This document shows positions 27,326-39,563 of a DNA stretch of 64,000 nucleotides, piece after piece. Source of the stretch: Botryllus schlosseri. Taxonomy: Eukaryota. The notes below the pieces were generated by a model that saw only the letters and a list, made by a program, of their open reading frames with translations, did no database searches and was not told where the DNA came from. The stretch is from assembly GCA_051294905.1 (NCBI GenBank), contig CM119375.1, positions 11,966,001-12,030,000 on the forward strand, in the 5' to 3' direction. Position numbers and translations under genes: made by a program. Every line of letters begins with the position of its first letter. Position 1 is the stretch's first letter.

Positions 27326-30300
27326 CTGTCACAAAAGCATTATCGCCACAGGATCAAAATTTGTAAGAATAGCCTTCAGTAACTCGATAACACGTTTATA
27401 TAAACCCATAATACCAGTATTGGCTATCTCGGTATACTCCATATAGGGTGTTATACGTATTCCATTCATATCTAGATACCCAGCCATTGAGTTCTAGATT
27501 ATACCATATTGTAGAAAGCGGATATGCTGTGAATATACTGCAGTATACGCAGAATTTCCTGGGTAGTACTGTTAGAAAGCGACGCATAGGCTAAATTTAT
27601 TTACATCTGAGTATTTATAGAATTATACCAATGACATGCTATACGATTGTGTGGTATAATTGGTAAATTGAACGTGAGTATCGCGATATTCATTGGATGT
27701 TTTGGACATTATATTCAAGAAATATTCTAATGTATACACGAGGTTAAGATGAATTAGCAATGTCGTCATGTATATGATTCTGAACTTCAAAACCATTCAC
27801 AAATGTTCGGGATATAGGCGTCACGGCGGTGGGATATACAAGGATGATAAAGGAGGCATTAAGTGAGATGATGAATTGACCAGTGAAAAATTTTCCTCGA
27901 CTCTAATAGCTTGTGCCGTTGTGCGGTTTACCACAGGTTTGAGACTGCGTCGTTTTTGCCTCCGTTTTTTCTTTTTGCATTTCACAGCCCGCACGGCGCC
28001 CAGCGATGCAAGCGCAGAACGCGATAAGGAGCAACCATCCGGCACACTGCAGTGTTCCGGAATCAAGTCCGATATTCTGTTTGGCGGCGGCTGAAGCACA
28101 TGTTCATTCACATTTGATCTCTACTCGCTGTTCGATTGATTTTAGGTACATGTGTATGAAGTGGCAGTGGGCTGAACACCGCAGTTAAACATCAGCCAGA
28201 TTTGGGTGCGGCAATCATTTTGTTAGTTCCCGGTCTTTCAATCATTCACTGGCTAGCATGACTTTTAATGGGACTACAAATATTAGGACGATATTTATAC
28301 CTTACTTCGCTGCGCGACCCGACTTGGACTGAAACTTCGTATCTGCTGCATGCCGTCTTATTAGACGACTTTCAAGAACCCGTATTCAAACATAAACATA
28401 TAATCCCTGCTACCCACATTAATTTCAGCGGCTATATTACATGCTGTTGTAATAATTACTATTGATGGTGTTTCGACTACGTTGGTGATGATAGACTATA
28501 AGGCAGATATTCTTTGTTATAATTCCTGACCTGCTGGTGTTAGCACTGTTAGCAGCACGGCCACATTCATTCTAACCTTTTGTATAGGGTGGAAAAGAGT
28601 AGCCTACATTAAACCCCAGCACATAGGTGTAGGAATTCTGCGGTCGATAACGGCATTACTAGATCGCGAGACTCCTTGGTGATGCCGTCGTAGAACGTAC
28701 CACTACACCACCATGTCACCAAAAGCTATAAATACACCCATGATGAAGTGAGCGGCATCATGTATAGTGGCAGAGTTTGATGAACACCTTATTAGTTACT
28801 GAACAATTACTGAGATCTTCGTTTGATTTTATGACTGCGTATAAATGAATGCATGGGATCTTACGTATAAGCGATTGACTTCAGATTGACCTCCAACGCT
28901 TTTGAAAACACCCCCAATCACAAGATCATATTCGTGATACATGCTTGTATTCAATGAACAATACATCAAAATGTCACTTCTCATTCAGATATGTTTTGGT
29001 ACATTTCATACGAAGAGCGTTTGTGTGTAAAAGCAGAGACTCATATAGACGAAATAGACGAAAGGCATTAAATGCGCTACTGTACGAACTACAGAATTGA
29101 CAACTAAAGACGGACATTCTTGATTCCCCTCTTAATTTGCTCTGCACTTCAAGGACTTTCGGCTTATCACTGCGAAAATAAACGAACAAATGTTTGAGTT
29201 GGCATAAAAAGTTAACACTTAAAATATTTAAACTTGCTAGCGATAATTATCATTAAGAATTTGATCGGATTGATCTATCGATACTTTGAGATCATCAGCG
29301 ACATGATTTTGAAATTGTGGCCTGATTAACGCGCGCGGAACTAAGGTTGTGAAGGACTTTGAATGAAATGTTACTGAACCAGATTGGAAGAATGTTTCAT
29401 AGTATGTTTCCTATGCTTCTCCGTGCCTAGTTATTGTTGTTTCTAGATTAGGGTAGCGATTCAGCAGTCAGACATTGATTTGTACGATTATGGTGCTACC
29501 GAGAATAATAATAGCATATACCTCCATGTGTTTATTAGCCGTGAACACCAAGCAATGATGTTCCATTGTAATATGTCATTATAATTATTGTCCGACGCGC
29601 CCTAATATTCGACCCCAAGTATATACCCGGTTTGGAAGGTATACTGTTCGGCAGATCATAGCACTGCGTGTTAAAGTCGCGACGTCACAGCACTCGTGAT
29701 TCTGTGCTTTAGTATGAAGTGAACGTTAGTGACGGATGTGTATATGCCAGGGATGAAATATGAATTGCATTGCTACATTGCAAACTGAGGTGAACAGGCT
29801 CTCACCTTCTCTTCTGGTCCTTTGCCTTCCATCATTTCCTCGACGATGTCGCTGGCAGAGCGAGAAGACGCGCTAGAGCTGGATCGTGAGCGGCTCTTGG
29901 AGCTTGATCGCGAGCGTGAGGCGGAGCGTCCGCGGTTCGATCTGTCCGGTTTGAAGTCGGATTTCTCCACTTTAATGTCCCTGCGTATGACAAACGATAT
30001 GTCATGCGTGAGTATCGTGGATTTCCGAATGCCACAAATCCACATTTGCTGTTCATTAACTCTTTCGACGCCGAGCTAAATTTGACGATTGTCTTCAAAA
30101 CGCCGCGATTTTCACCAAATAACCCCAATTTCAACCGATCGTAACTTCGTCGCTACCTTAGCTACCGAGACGTACCTACGTCCGTATTGTAGCCGCGAAC
30201 GATATCTATCTAATGATGCGTAACGTGCCTTGATTGATCCTGTCGTGTTGCTAGGACAGGCTTCGGTACGAACTGAAGTTTGGCTGATTTCAGGCGCGCT

Positions 30301-33300
30301 GCTGCCAAGGTATGGATTTTGTTAGTGTTTCTATGGTACTTATAGATTAGCTATGACGTTGTAAATTTCACAGAATATTCTTATTATATTATATATTGAT
30401 AATATATTATCCTTAAATCGTTAATTCCTTTTCAATGGCAACGCGGAGGTTCAGAACCGTCGTGAAATACTGCTGCCGACATGATCTTCGGCCGTCGATG
30501 CTTCAAGATTATCATTGTGACGTCAAATCCACAATAATGGCTCGAAAATTTGACTTTTGCTAGTACCGGTACTCAAGTTTGTTTTTCAGGCGCAGTAACA
30601 TACCGACGGAGCCCATTTGTGTACGATTACAAGCAACGATCTGGACAAAAACATCATTACTTGTCTCCGTTGAGTCCTCGTCATCTCCCGACGCAATTTT
30701 ACGTTTGAAAAACTTGAATAAATACGTATATATTGGTGTGAAGTCTGTGTTGTCGCAGTACATGTACTGACTTGGTGGCTTTAGTAGATCCGTATATTAA
30801 CTTAACGCGCGATATGTCGCTAAAGATTGGTGATAATGATGTAAAATGTCTTTAGGTATTGACATCTGTTGAAAATCATTACCGTCGTGGAAATATATAT
30901 CGAATAAAGTTACTATTCCGTACAGGTAATCCAGCGAAATTGCTTCTTAGTAGCAAGTCTTGAATTTCGAATTCATTACCGCACAATGCCCCGACTGCCA
31001 TGGACGCAAAACGGCATGTCAGATTTTCGAGACAAAAATACGCTCTCTCGATTTAGCGAACATATGGGGATACGCGGCGTTTTGAGACAATCTCTAGCGA
31101 ACATATGGGGATACGCGGCGTCGAAAGAGTTAAGATGTCGTTTTATTGAAATGGAACAACTGAAATACATCGAATACCCATAACGAATAGGACCCGCAAA
31201 CACGAATCGGCTGTGATTTACGATCCTGCCACATAAATGTCATTCCAACCCTACTAATCATAGATCACCCGTCAGACATCGTGGAATTAGCAAAACCAAA
31301 TGTGGAGTAGCCTATTACTGAAGTTCGTTTTCCCAATATAGTTCCACATCTACTTGACTGTTTTAAAGGCGTAACATACAGACTCCTTGCACTTTTCATT
31401 CTGTGAAATTGAATGTAGTTTAAGGTTATGCATACATCACCTTTATGAGTGAAACTGTCATAAAAAATGAGGATATACAGCTCCTGAGTCAAGGTAACGG
31501 AATTTATTATCTTATATTGAACCTATTTGTAGTGTCAACAATCATTTCGAAGTATAGTCACATCCGATTATTAACTGCTAAATGTAAGCGACACCTCGAC
31601 CAATTCTACTTTTAACACCAAGTACTTGAGCACTTTTCATACCTTTATTTTCGTCTTCCAACTAATGTAGCCTAAATAGTTTTGACATATCTTGGAATTC
31701 GCTACTTCGATTTTTAGATGAATACTAACGCTGACTACTTTGATAGGCACTGAGCAGAACATACCTGGACTCTTCTCCTTGCAAGAGCTTGTGGTAAATA
31801 GCGATTTCCTGGTCCAAACTGAGTTTCAAGTTGTTGAGATCCTGGTATTCCTTCAGATATTTCGCAAGGTCCTAAGACAAAGCAGTATATTGTTACAAGT
31901 CCACGCTCACTCGCTGGATAGAATCTTACCAATTTCGCGTCGTCGAGTTCTTTGCTTAGTTCGTGAATCTCCTTATCCGCAGATGCATTCTGTTTCGCGA
32001 GTCTGTCTTCCAAATCTTCAATTTGCTTCTCCAGGTTGTCGGTCTGTAGCACGAATGTTATTGGGGTTCATAAGTAGTAAACTAAGGAGTGCCAATGAGG
32101 ATTATGACACCAGATGAAATGCAGCATTGCGTATAAACCCTCTTCTGTACGAAGAGTTGGGTCAATTTATATGCTCATAATATCAAAGATGGGTTGTAGG
32201 ATTCATAAGCGCTTCTGCATGACAAGAATACGGGTCGAATTGCCACTGTTTCTCCTATGTTCTCTGCAATGAAGTTTTGTGTTCTATATTTTAAGACGAC
32301 TTGTAGATGTGGATGTTTGATGGAGATATGTCGATGTGGAAATATTATTTTGTATTTCATTTCCATATCCAGAAGTCCAGTAATACTTTACCTTGCCACG
32401 GAGTGCTTCCAGCTCCATCTCCAACTGATGAATGGTCTTTCTTTGGTCGGTGTTTTCTTGCTTGAGCCCACGGTTATCTTCCTGTGTCGCTTTAAGTTGC
32501 CTGTTCATGTTTTCAAGCTATAGGAAATAAATATAAGACAAGATAAGACGTGATGCCAAACGACAATATATCCCCTTGTGAACGCATGGTGCGTAAAATT
32601 AGGCATACGGTTTTGGAAGTACTCAGATGTCACTTTAGTGTTTGCGGCTATACGCTATAAGCAATAGGATATACGAAAGCGCCTAATAAGGAAATGATGA
32701 CGCACAATGCCAAGTCGTAAAAGAGTATGCGGTCGTGCCTTTTCCTTGAATTGCGACGTAATAGCTGGAACGTGACCTTTTGCGCGCAGATCTAATATTA
32801 GACCGGCAAAGCCGGCGAATATCAAACCGCATCGCCGGACATGCCAATAAATGTGTATTTCGCTAACAGTCTTATGTTATCATTGTAAATACCAAACCTC
32901 GTACAGAATAATGTAAATTTACTGCGGCGAACATTCCGTGAATGAAGCAAATGACATTTAAGGAACACTTTTAGCCTATGCTACATATGTAAAACACATA
33001 GATGCGCTTGTGGATATAGTCTTAATGGGTCCATTGAAAATTTCAATGGCAAACCAAGTTATTTACGGCGGGCGAGCATAAAGAATTGCTTGACCAAACA
33101 AACCTTCTCCTTGTAAAAAGCGTCAAGCGACTCCATGTTCTTCGTGTTGAACGCCTCGTATTGCTGCCTCACGCTCTGGATGGCGTCAGTCAGATCAGAG
33201 GTAACCAGGGAAGATGGTTCGTTCTCCAACATAATCGCTGAGGCCGGTTGGATTTGGCCGCGGAGATTCTCCAGTTCCTGCAAAGAATCGGTCATAAGGT

Positions 33301-35786
33301 CTGGGAAAAATGTCGATGACCGCACAGCAATCAGCATAGAGCGATCTCATTAACTGATTCATTAGTTGATACAAGTTAATACCGACCAAGTGGTCCATGA
33401 CTATTGACTATTGACTATCATGGTATCTGTTATTAACTTCGTCATTCGTAGTGTAACGTATACGGTAGAACAAGAACTATTGTAAGGAAACATACCACAG
33501 CGTGTGCTTGTCTCTCGAGTTGCAAAGTCTCTTGGAGATTCTCCAGCTTGCTCTCCAAGCTGACTCTTTCAATAGTTGCGTCATCGACATCCTTTGGAAG
33601 GAAAGCAAGCGTTTTAAAAATGTTTCTGTGTCGACATAATTTGTTCCTGTTAAGGGTAGATTTTGCGCCGCTCTGAGACAAGGCGAACATGACATTCTGT
33701 ACGAGCGACAGTTCCTAATGTGTTAATTACAGTCCATTATGATTATACGCGAGCGATAGGTGCAACAAGACACAGGAACATGAGATATGGGTTGCAGGTA
33801 AAAAGAATTTAACCACGTGCCTTGCGAAGGTCTTTAACTTCTTTTTCGAGAGCCTTTCTTTCTTCTTGCTCCTGTTCCAATCTGAAAGAGATGTGCCGTC
33901 GTTTATTATCATTACACGTACATTAGATAGGCTATGTATACAATAGGTGAATGTTATAGGTTGCAGAGGGATCTCTCCTCGCCTTGCTAAATAACAGGAT
34001 ACACCCTGAGCCGGCATTACAGGGCTCATTTATCATGACTGCGATAGACGTATAATTTACTCGGCGTATACGTGACAGCGCGTCGGCGAGGACGGACACG
34101 CCCGGAAAACACACACTACCATTCAAAGATAAATAATATCTTCACATGCCTGAACTAGGAAGGATAATAAGGTGACTTTCTAAATATTATTTCGGCAATC
34201 CACGTTAACATAAAGCCTTTATAAAGTTGCGCGGTCGACGAGTTCTGCGACGCAGCTAAGTCACAACGCGCTGCTGATATGAATGCGAGCACAGGCTATT
34301 AACCTAACGCATCTGACCTAAGAAAGTCGTGTACTATATAAATGCATTACTTTTCTTCGGTATCTTCCAAGTCATATTTCAAGTTGTCTTTTTCGATCTC
34401 CAATCTCTGGTTTTCAACGGTGAGGTCTTCCACTTTGGCACGAAGTTTCTGGGGAACAAATTGTATATGATGCCACGGTTCAACGAAGATCCACGCCGTT
34501 AGCATTACAAGTGTGAGAACGTGCTGAAGTAATTTGCGATCATTGACGGGAGAAAAGGTTTGTTTTGACTTTGACGCACTCATAATATAGGGTCCTTTAA
34601 ACAAATCAAGCTATTTCCATGAACGGTGTTAAACGTTCTGTATATGATGGGCTTCCGTAGAATTTTAGAGAGGGCTCGTGATTGAGATAATATACTCTGA
34701 TTGCTACAATATAATTTGAAATTGTTGATGAGGTTTCTGAATCTCACAAAAAGAGTAGGACAAATTAAATTCGTAGCCGCACGAGTACACAGCGGATTTT
34801 TACGCAACAATGCGCACAGTGTAGTTCACGCAGCTCCACCGTAGATATTATACGAGGACCCTATCTATTCTATATAGCTGCGTACCGTTAATTCATCTTC
34901 GTAAAGTTCTGCGATGTCCTTCTCGGGGCCCTTTTCGGTCTTACGGAGAGCGGCGTTTTCGGCTTTCAGAATTCTGTTGGCCTCGATCAAGTCGTGAACT
35001 TTGTCGATGTAATTGACCAAGCGGTTGTTACATTTCTTCATCTTCTCCTTTTCCGCTTCTTTGTTCTTTCGCATTTCTCTGTGGGTGATGGGTGAAGCTG
35101 AGTGATAATTATGCGCGCGAACAATATACGGTTTCGTAATCAAAATTTGGAAGGTTTCCCTTTGTACACGATTGATTCCTATAGACGTTCGCTTTTGAGA
35201 TGTCTATCTGCTAATTAGTTCTTACCAGTGCTTAAAGTACCAGTGACGTAATAAGTTGATATTGAACACATTTACATGTTTATGGGCACTGTACCTGTTG
35301 AGCCATTCCTTCATTCAGACTGAAGTATTAAGGCGTTAAGTCTATCATAAAATATAAGCACCACATTATAAATGTAAGTACGTTTCGTGCAATCTTGGAA
35401 TAACTAATATAGGGTTTCGTTTAAAGTGGAAATGCATTTAATAGGCAGATGTTTAAAATGTTTTTTCTTGTTGTTGTTTTTGTATGTTCGTTAACCATCA
35501 CCATTTCATCACCTATATATGAAATTTACTATCACAATTTCCGGTTTGTTAAGTTATATGCACATCCACATACACGACAGGTCTGTTTCAGCAAACGATT
35601 TGATTCAAATACAACCCTACTTATATTCAAATTTTCCAAGTTTTACCTGCGAATAACACAGTAATTCTGGTCAACAATTTAGGTATCTATTCTATACACT
35701 TACGGAGTGTTTGCGACTGACATCGAATACGACGATTGCTTCCCATAGCTTCGTCTGTAAGCTGAAGTTCTTGACTTTGTAGACAT
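24051..35786 (-). CDS. IF-F: Intermediate filament-annexin fusion protein (IF-F-like), 18 exons, 737 aa
   Basis: Exons 35786-35704, 35078-34886, 34448-34351, 33881-33821, 33591-33496, 33277-33104, 32517-32392, 32043-31930, 31871-31765, 29980-29806, 27325-27217, 26736-26642, 26555-26351, 25722-25583, 25374-25182, 24536-24475, 24417-24295, 24110-24051 total 2214 nt in one open frame. The protein has a type-III-like head ([15 protein letters not shown]), coil 1a ([11 protein letters not shown]), rod end ([15 protein letters not shown]), an RS-rich linker, then four annexin repeats ([54 protein letters not shown]). The IF part has no stop, the annexin part has no ATG, and the phase-0 junction is in frame. 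Confidence 0.88.
29806..35786 (-). other. Cytoplasmic IF domain of the fusion gene (head, short-coil-1b rod, RS tail)
   Basis: The rod reads [24 protein letters not shown] with no 42-residue coil-1b insertion and no lamin tail, which is the chordate pattern. Confidence 0.95.
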
Positions 35787-36237
35787 GTTGGCTGCAAAAA
35801 ATTTTGGTCAATGAAATATTACTGAAATTTATCGAACTGCAGGGTCCAATCTGCGGAATAGAGCTAGAATATAATTTGCCGCGCCATAACCCTGTATATT
35901 CTACACTCTACTGCAATGAATCATTCCGGCCCAATAAGTTTGATTCCAGATAAACTCGATGGCTCAAGTCTGTGAACGACACTAATCAATGCAATGGACC
36001 GAGGGGGTGTATGACATCACAATTCGCAAAGCAAGACCGTCACATTCGATCGTTAAAACGTCTGGGAGCCAGCGATATAATACAAGCGATTGGAAAATAT
36101 GAAGTTATAAACCTCTTTACTCCCACCCGTAGGGCTGCACAGTGCACATGCACACCAATATGCATCACTGTAGCGCACGGACGAGATGAGATAAGTTGAC
36201 TCATCTCTGCTGTACAGCGCACATTGCTCATTGCTAT

Positions 36238-36745
36238 TAGGGCTGGGCACAATGATTCGAGTACTCGAATATGAATCGAGTATTAATTTTAATGATTCGA
36301 GTGGAGTAGTAAAAGACGATTTTTTTCGAGTACTGAAATTATACGCTCCTCGTAACTGAAAGGTAATTTACAAACGAGAATTATAGTTTTGATACTATTT
36401 TCCATTGAGGAAGCCTTAAAACCTTGATTGGCCGTGTCGCTGCATACGAGGCATAGTACAAAGTTACGAACGTTACTGGAAATACCACATTTCCGAAGTC
36501 ATGATCATCCCACAACGTTATCAAGAAATGCAATGAAATCGGTATGGTCGAAAAAATACCAAATTATATTTAATGGGATGGATAACAGGCATTATGTTCT
36601 TTGTGCTGGCATAAAAGATACATATTTGAACTTCGACATAGTATATTCTGTTGTGACGTCATAATGAGCGATACTCGATTCGACTCGAAGCATAATACGT
36701 GATTCAGAATCGAATAACTCGGGTACTGGATTTTACCCAGCCCTA
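36238..36745 (+). mobile_element. hAT-type MITE family D (TIR TAGGGCTGGG), copy 1
   Basis: tagggctgggcac at 36238 and cccagcccta ending 36745. Flanks attgctat/attactag match 6/8, a probable degraded TSD. Confidence 0.85.
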
Positions 36746-36988
36746 ATTACTAGTATATATGTATACATTTTCACCGAGTTTAGATTAAATTGGTTTTATA
36801 CATTTTGGTGTCACATCGAAACCACGAATTATCTAGAAGTGTGAAGAGTTGAGTATTTGAAAGCAGGTGAAAGAGATATTGATGGCACGATATGCGCATG
36901 CTTATGCTCAATTCGTTATGGCTCAGGCCTGTAGGTGTCTGCGGTAAAGTAGTGTATTCGAAACAGCAAATATTTAATCGGAGATGAC

Positions 36989-37507
36989 TAGGGCTGGGCA
37001 AAATCGAGTACCTGAGTGATTCGATTCTGAATCACGTATTATGCTTCGAGTCGAGTCGAGTAAACGAGTAGCACTCATCATGACGTCACAACAGCATGTA
37101 ATGTGTCAAAGTTCAAATATGTAACTTTTATGCACCAACAAAGAATATAATGCCTGTTATATCCATCACATTTGAGATACTTCGGTATTTTTTCGACCAT
37201 ACAGGTTTCATTGCACTAGTTGACAATGTTGTGGGATGATCATGACTTCGGAAATGTGCTATTTCCAGTAACGTTCGTAGCTTGGTACTATATGTTTCGT
37301 ATGCTACAATACGGTCAATCAAAGTTTCAAGGCTTCAACAGTGAAATTTAGTATCGAAACCATAATTCTCATTGACAAATTACCTTTCAATGGCGAGGAG
37401 CGTATAATTTCAGTACTCGAAAAAATGGTCTTTTACTACTCGACTCGAATCATTAAAATAAATACTCGATTCAGATTCGAGTACTCGAATCATTGTGCCC
37501 AGCCCTA
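36989..37507 (-). mobile_element. hAT-type MITE family D, copy 2 (inverted relative to copy 1)
   Basis: tagggctgggcaa at 36989 and gcccagcccta ending 37507. Exact 8-bp TSD gagatgac. Confidence 0.9.
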
Positions 37508-39216
37508 GAGATGACGCGCGAGGAAGCAATTTATGATGCGATCAGTAGCACCGGTGAATAAGTGTGCTTACACGCATATTATTAGTGACAAAAATATTTC
37601 GATTCAGAAATGTAGATATGAAATATAATTGGTACCTGCTGAGATATTCACTACTCCGCAGACAAGAGAACATTATCCCGATATCAAGCATACGGAAGGA
37701 AGCATACATACAGACATACCTACACTCACACGCACATATTCACAATATAGTTGGCTACAGTAAACGAAAAGATTGTTTGAATTGCCCAAATAACTTTACA
37801 CAGAGGCAACACTAGTGGCCTGTGTATATTGGCTTTGTGATCGTTTCAAAACCAGTCAACCACCAGAGAATCAAAGTGAAGGCTTATTAAGTTTTCTAGC
37901 GGTTCATGCCAGCTTGATTGCAAGGCCATTGGCTAGATATAGAAGAAATTAAGAAAGAGCGTATCATTGTTCGGCTGGTCGCAATGAAACTCAATATTTC
38001 ATATGTTGTCACTGAAAGCGAGATTGTTAGGTGTCTTTAGAGGAAAAATAGCTGTTGCTTGACTACATTGTCAAGGACCAAGTCTGTTATATGATCCCAT
38101 CACGAGAACTTCTCCAAATTCCATGCTCCATTGCTATGGTCGGATATTTAAACCGGCAATATCTATGATCTTAAAGGCACACCCGCGGAAAATGCTAAAA
38201 CGCCGGAAAGGTACACAACGCCACGCCCTGTGACGACATTCCAAACACGCTTTCTAAGTATTGCAGAGTCGTGCCCGGAACAGAATGTTCCTTATGCTTA
38301 GGCATTCCAATTGTCAATAAGGAATATGTCGGCGCGACGTGAAAGGCATTATTTTCCACTTCGCTGCGGAAACACATTGGGCCGTTTGGTCGGTCTAAAA
38401 GTCATCGGTTTCACAACAGGGCGTCCGCATTCGTTTTTATGACGTATGTATACTTGCTACTTTTGCTTAAAACCAGTTGAGACCGTTCGTTCGTTATTAC
38501 ACCATCTGCTAGCGTTACGATGCTGACGATATTCGTAAATTCACAGCCGAGGATGATTATTACGGAAACAATGTCGTCGCTATGCGCTGAAACCGCCATT
38601 TCGAGTCAAAACCAATATGTAATTTGAGTACTTATCCGAAATACGTATAAGTACACATGTGGTCAGCGATCAAGCTAAAACGCTCACTTTGTCAAATCGT
38701 TTCAACGTAACTATTCGCAATCTTGCAATTCTTCCAAGAATGCAAACGACTCGATCCGGTTTACACAATCAGCATGAAATGAAAGATTGCCAGTTTGTTT
38801 TGGCAGTGATGCTGTACGACGTAAATCACATCATAGTTCGATTTTTGAAGTTGCGAAAGGTCGCAGGATGCCATTGCCTCTCCCATCTTCTCACAAGTCA
38901 GCAAAGTCACCGCACGGTCTATTTTTGATTGCAAAAACCCGATTTCTGTTGTTTGCTCGAACGCCATGCAGTGAATAGGCTGTGTCTTAGCACGAAACCT
39001 TCGTAAATATTACACTAGCTACGACTGGTTTGAGACACTTCCGCAAGTAATGCACCATCATTTTGGCATACTCTGCACAACACTGCATTGCCAGCGATGT
39101 TCTGTTCAATCATGGTACTATCAAGGTCATGATGCATTTAAACCAGATGCTACCCGTAATATTGCACCAAGCGCGACAGTGCTCTAAATTATGGTAGTGA
39201 CAGTAAATGAGCTTAC

Positions 39217-39563
39217 CTTTTTCCGAACTCGAATGGTACTAAATTCACCGATGAGTAGAGATCCCGCAGCTTTGGTGGCAAGTGGCTATGTCCCGGTAAG
39301 TCGCTGCATATATTCGTAAGATCTGGCGTAAAGGTGCGAGAGAGGTGAGCAAACAGATCGGACAAGCTCTCGTCTCTAGGAATCATTTGGTTGAGATGAG
39401 AAAAAATAAGCACCGGCTGCATTTCCGAGGCATAAAGCCCATACGAGTAAGTTAAGTTAGCGTTTCTGTCATTTCCGGAAGAACCGTGTGAAATACGCTT
39501 TGAATTGACCTGAAATTCACCTATATAATCTCTGTAGACTGATCGACTGAGCCCACCTAGCAT
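39217..39563 (-). CDS. Candidate ATG-initiated exon (115 codons plus phase-2 donor), possibly an alternative first exon of the IF-annexin gene
   Basis: ttttttgtgtag|agcatatcaATG LGGLSRSVYRDYIG...LVPFEFGK AG|gtaagc. Phase 2 matches the acceptor of IF exon 35078. No protein family recognised. Confidence 0.45.

Noticed and set aside
31050-31120. 27-bp direct repeat tagcgaacatatggggatacgcggcgt, two copies
   Set aside because: Only two units in an intron. This is a simple local duplication, not a CRISPR-like array.
35072-35074. ATG of MRKNKEAEK as the IF start codon
   Set aside because: An upstream exon (35786-35704) with the type III head motif SAYRRSYG splices in frame.
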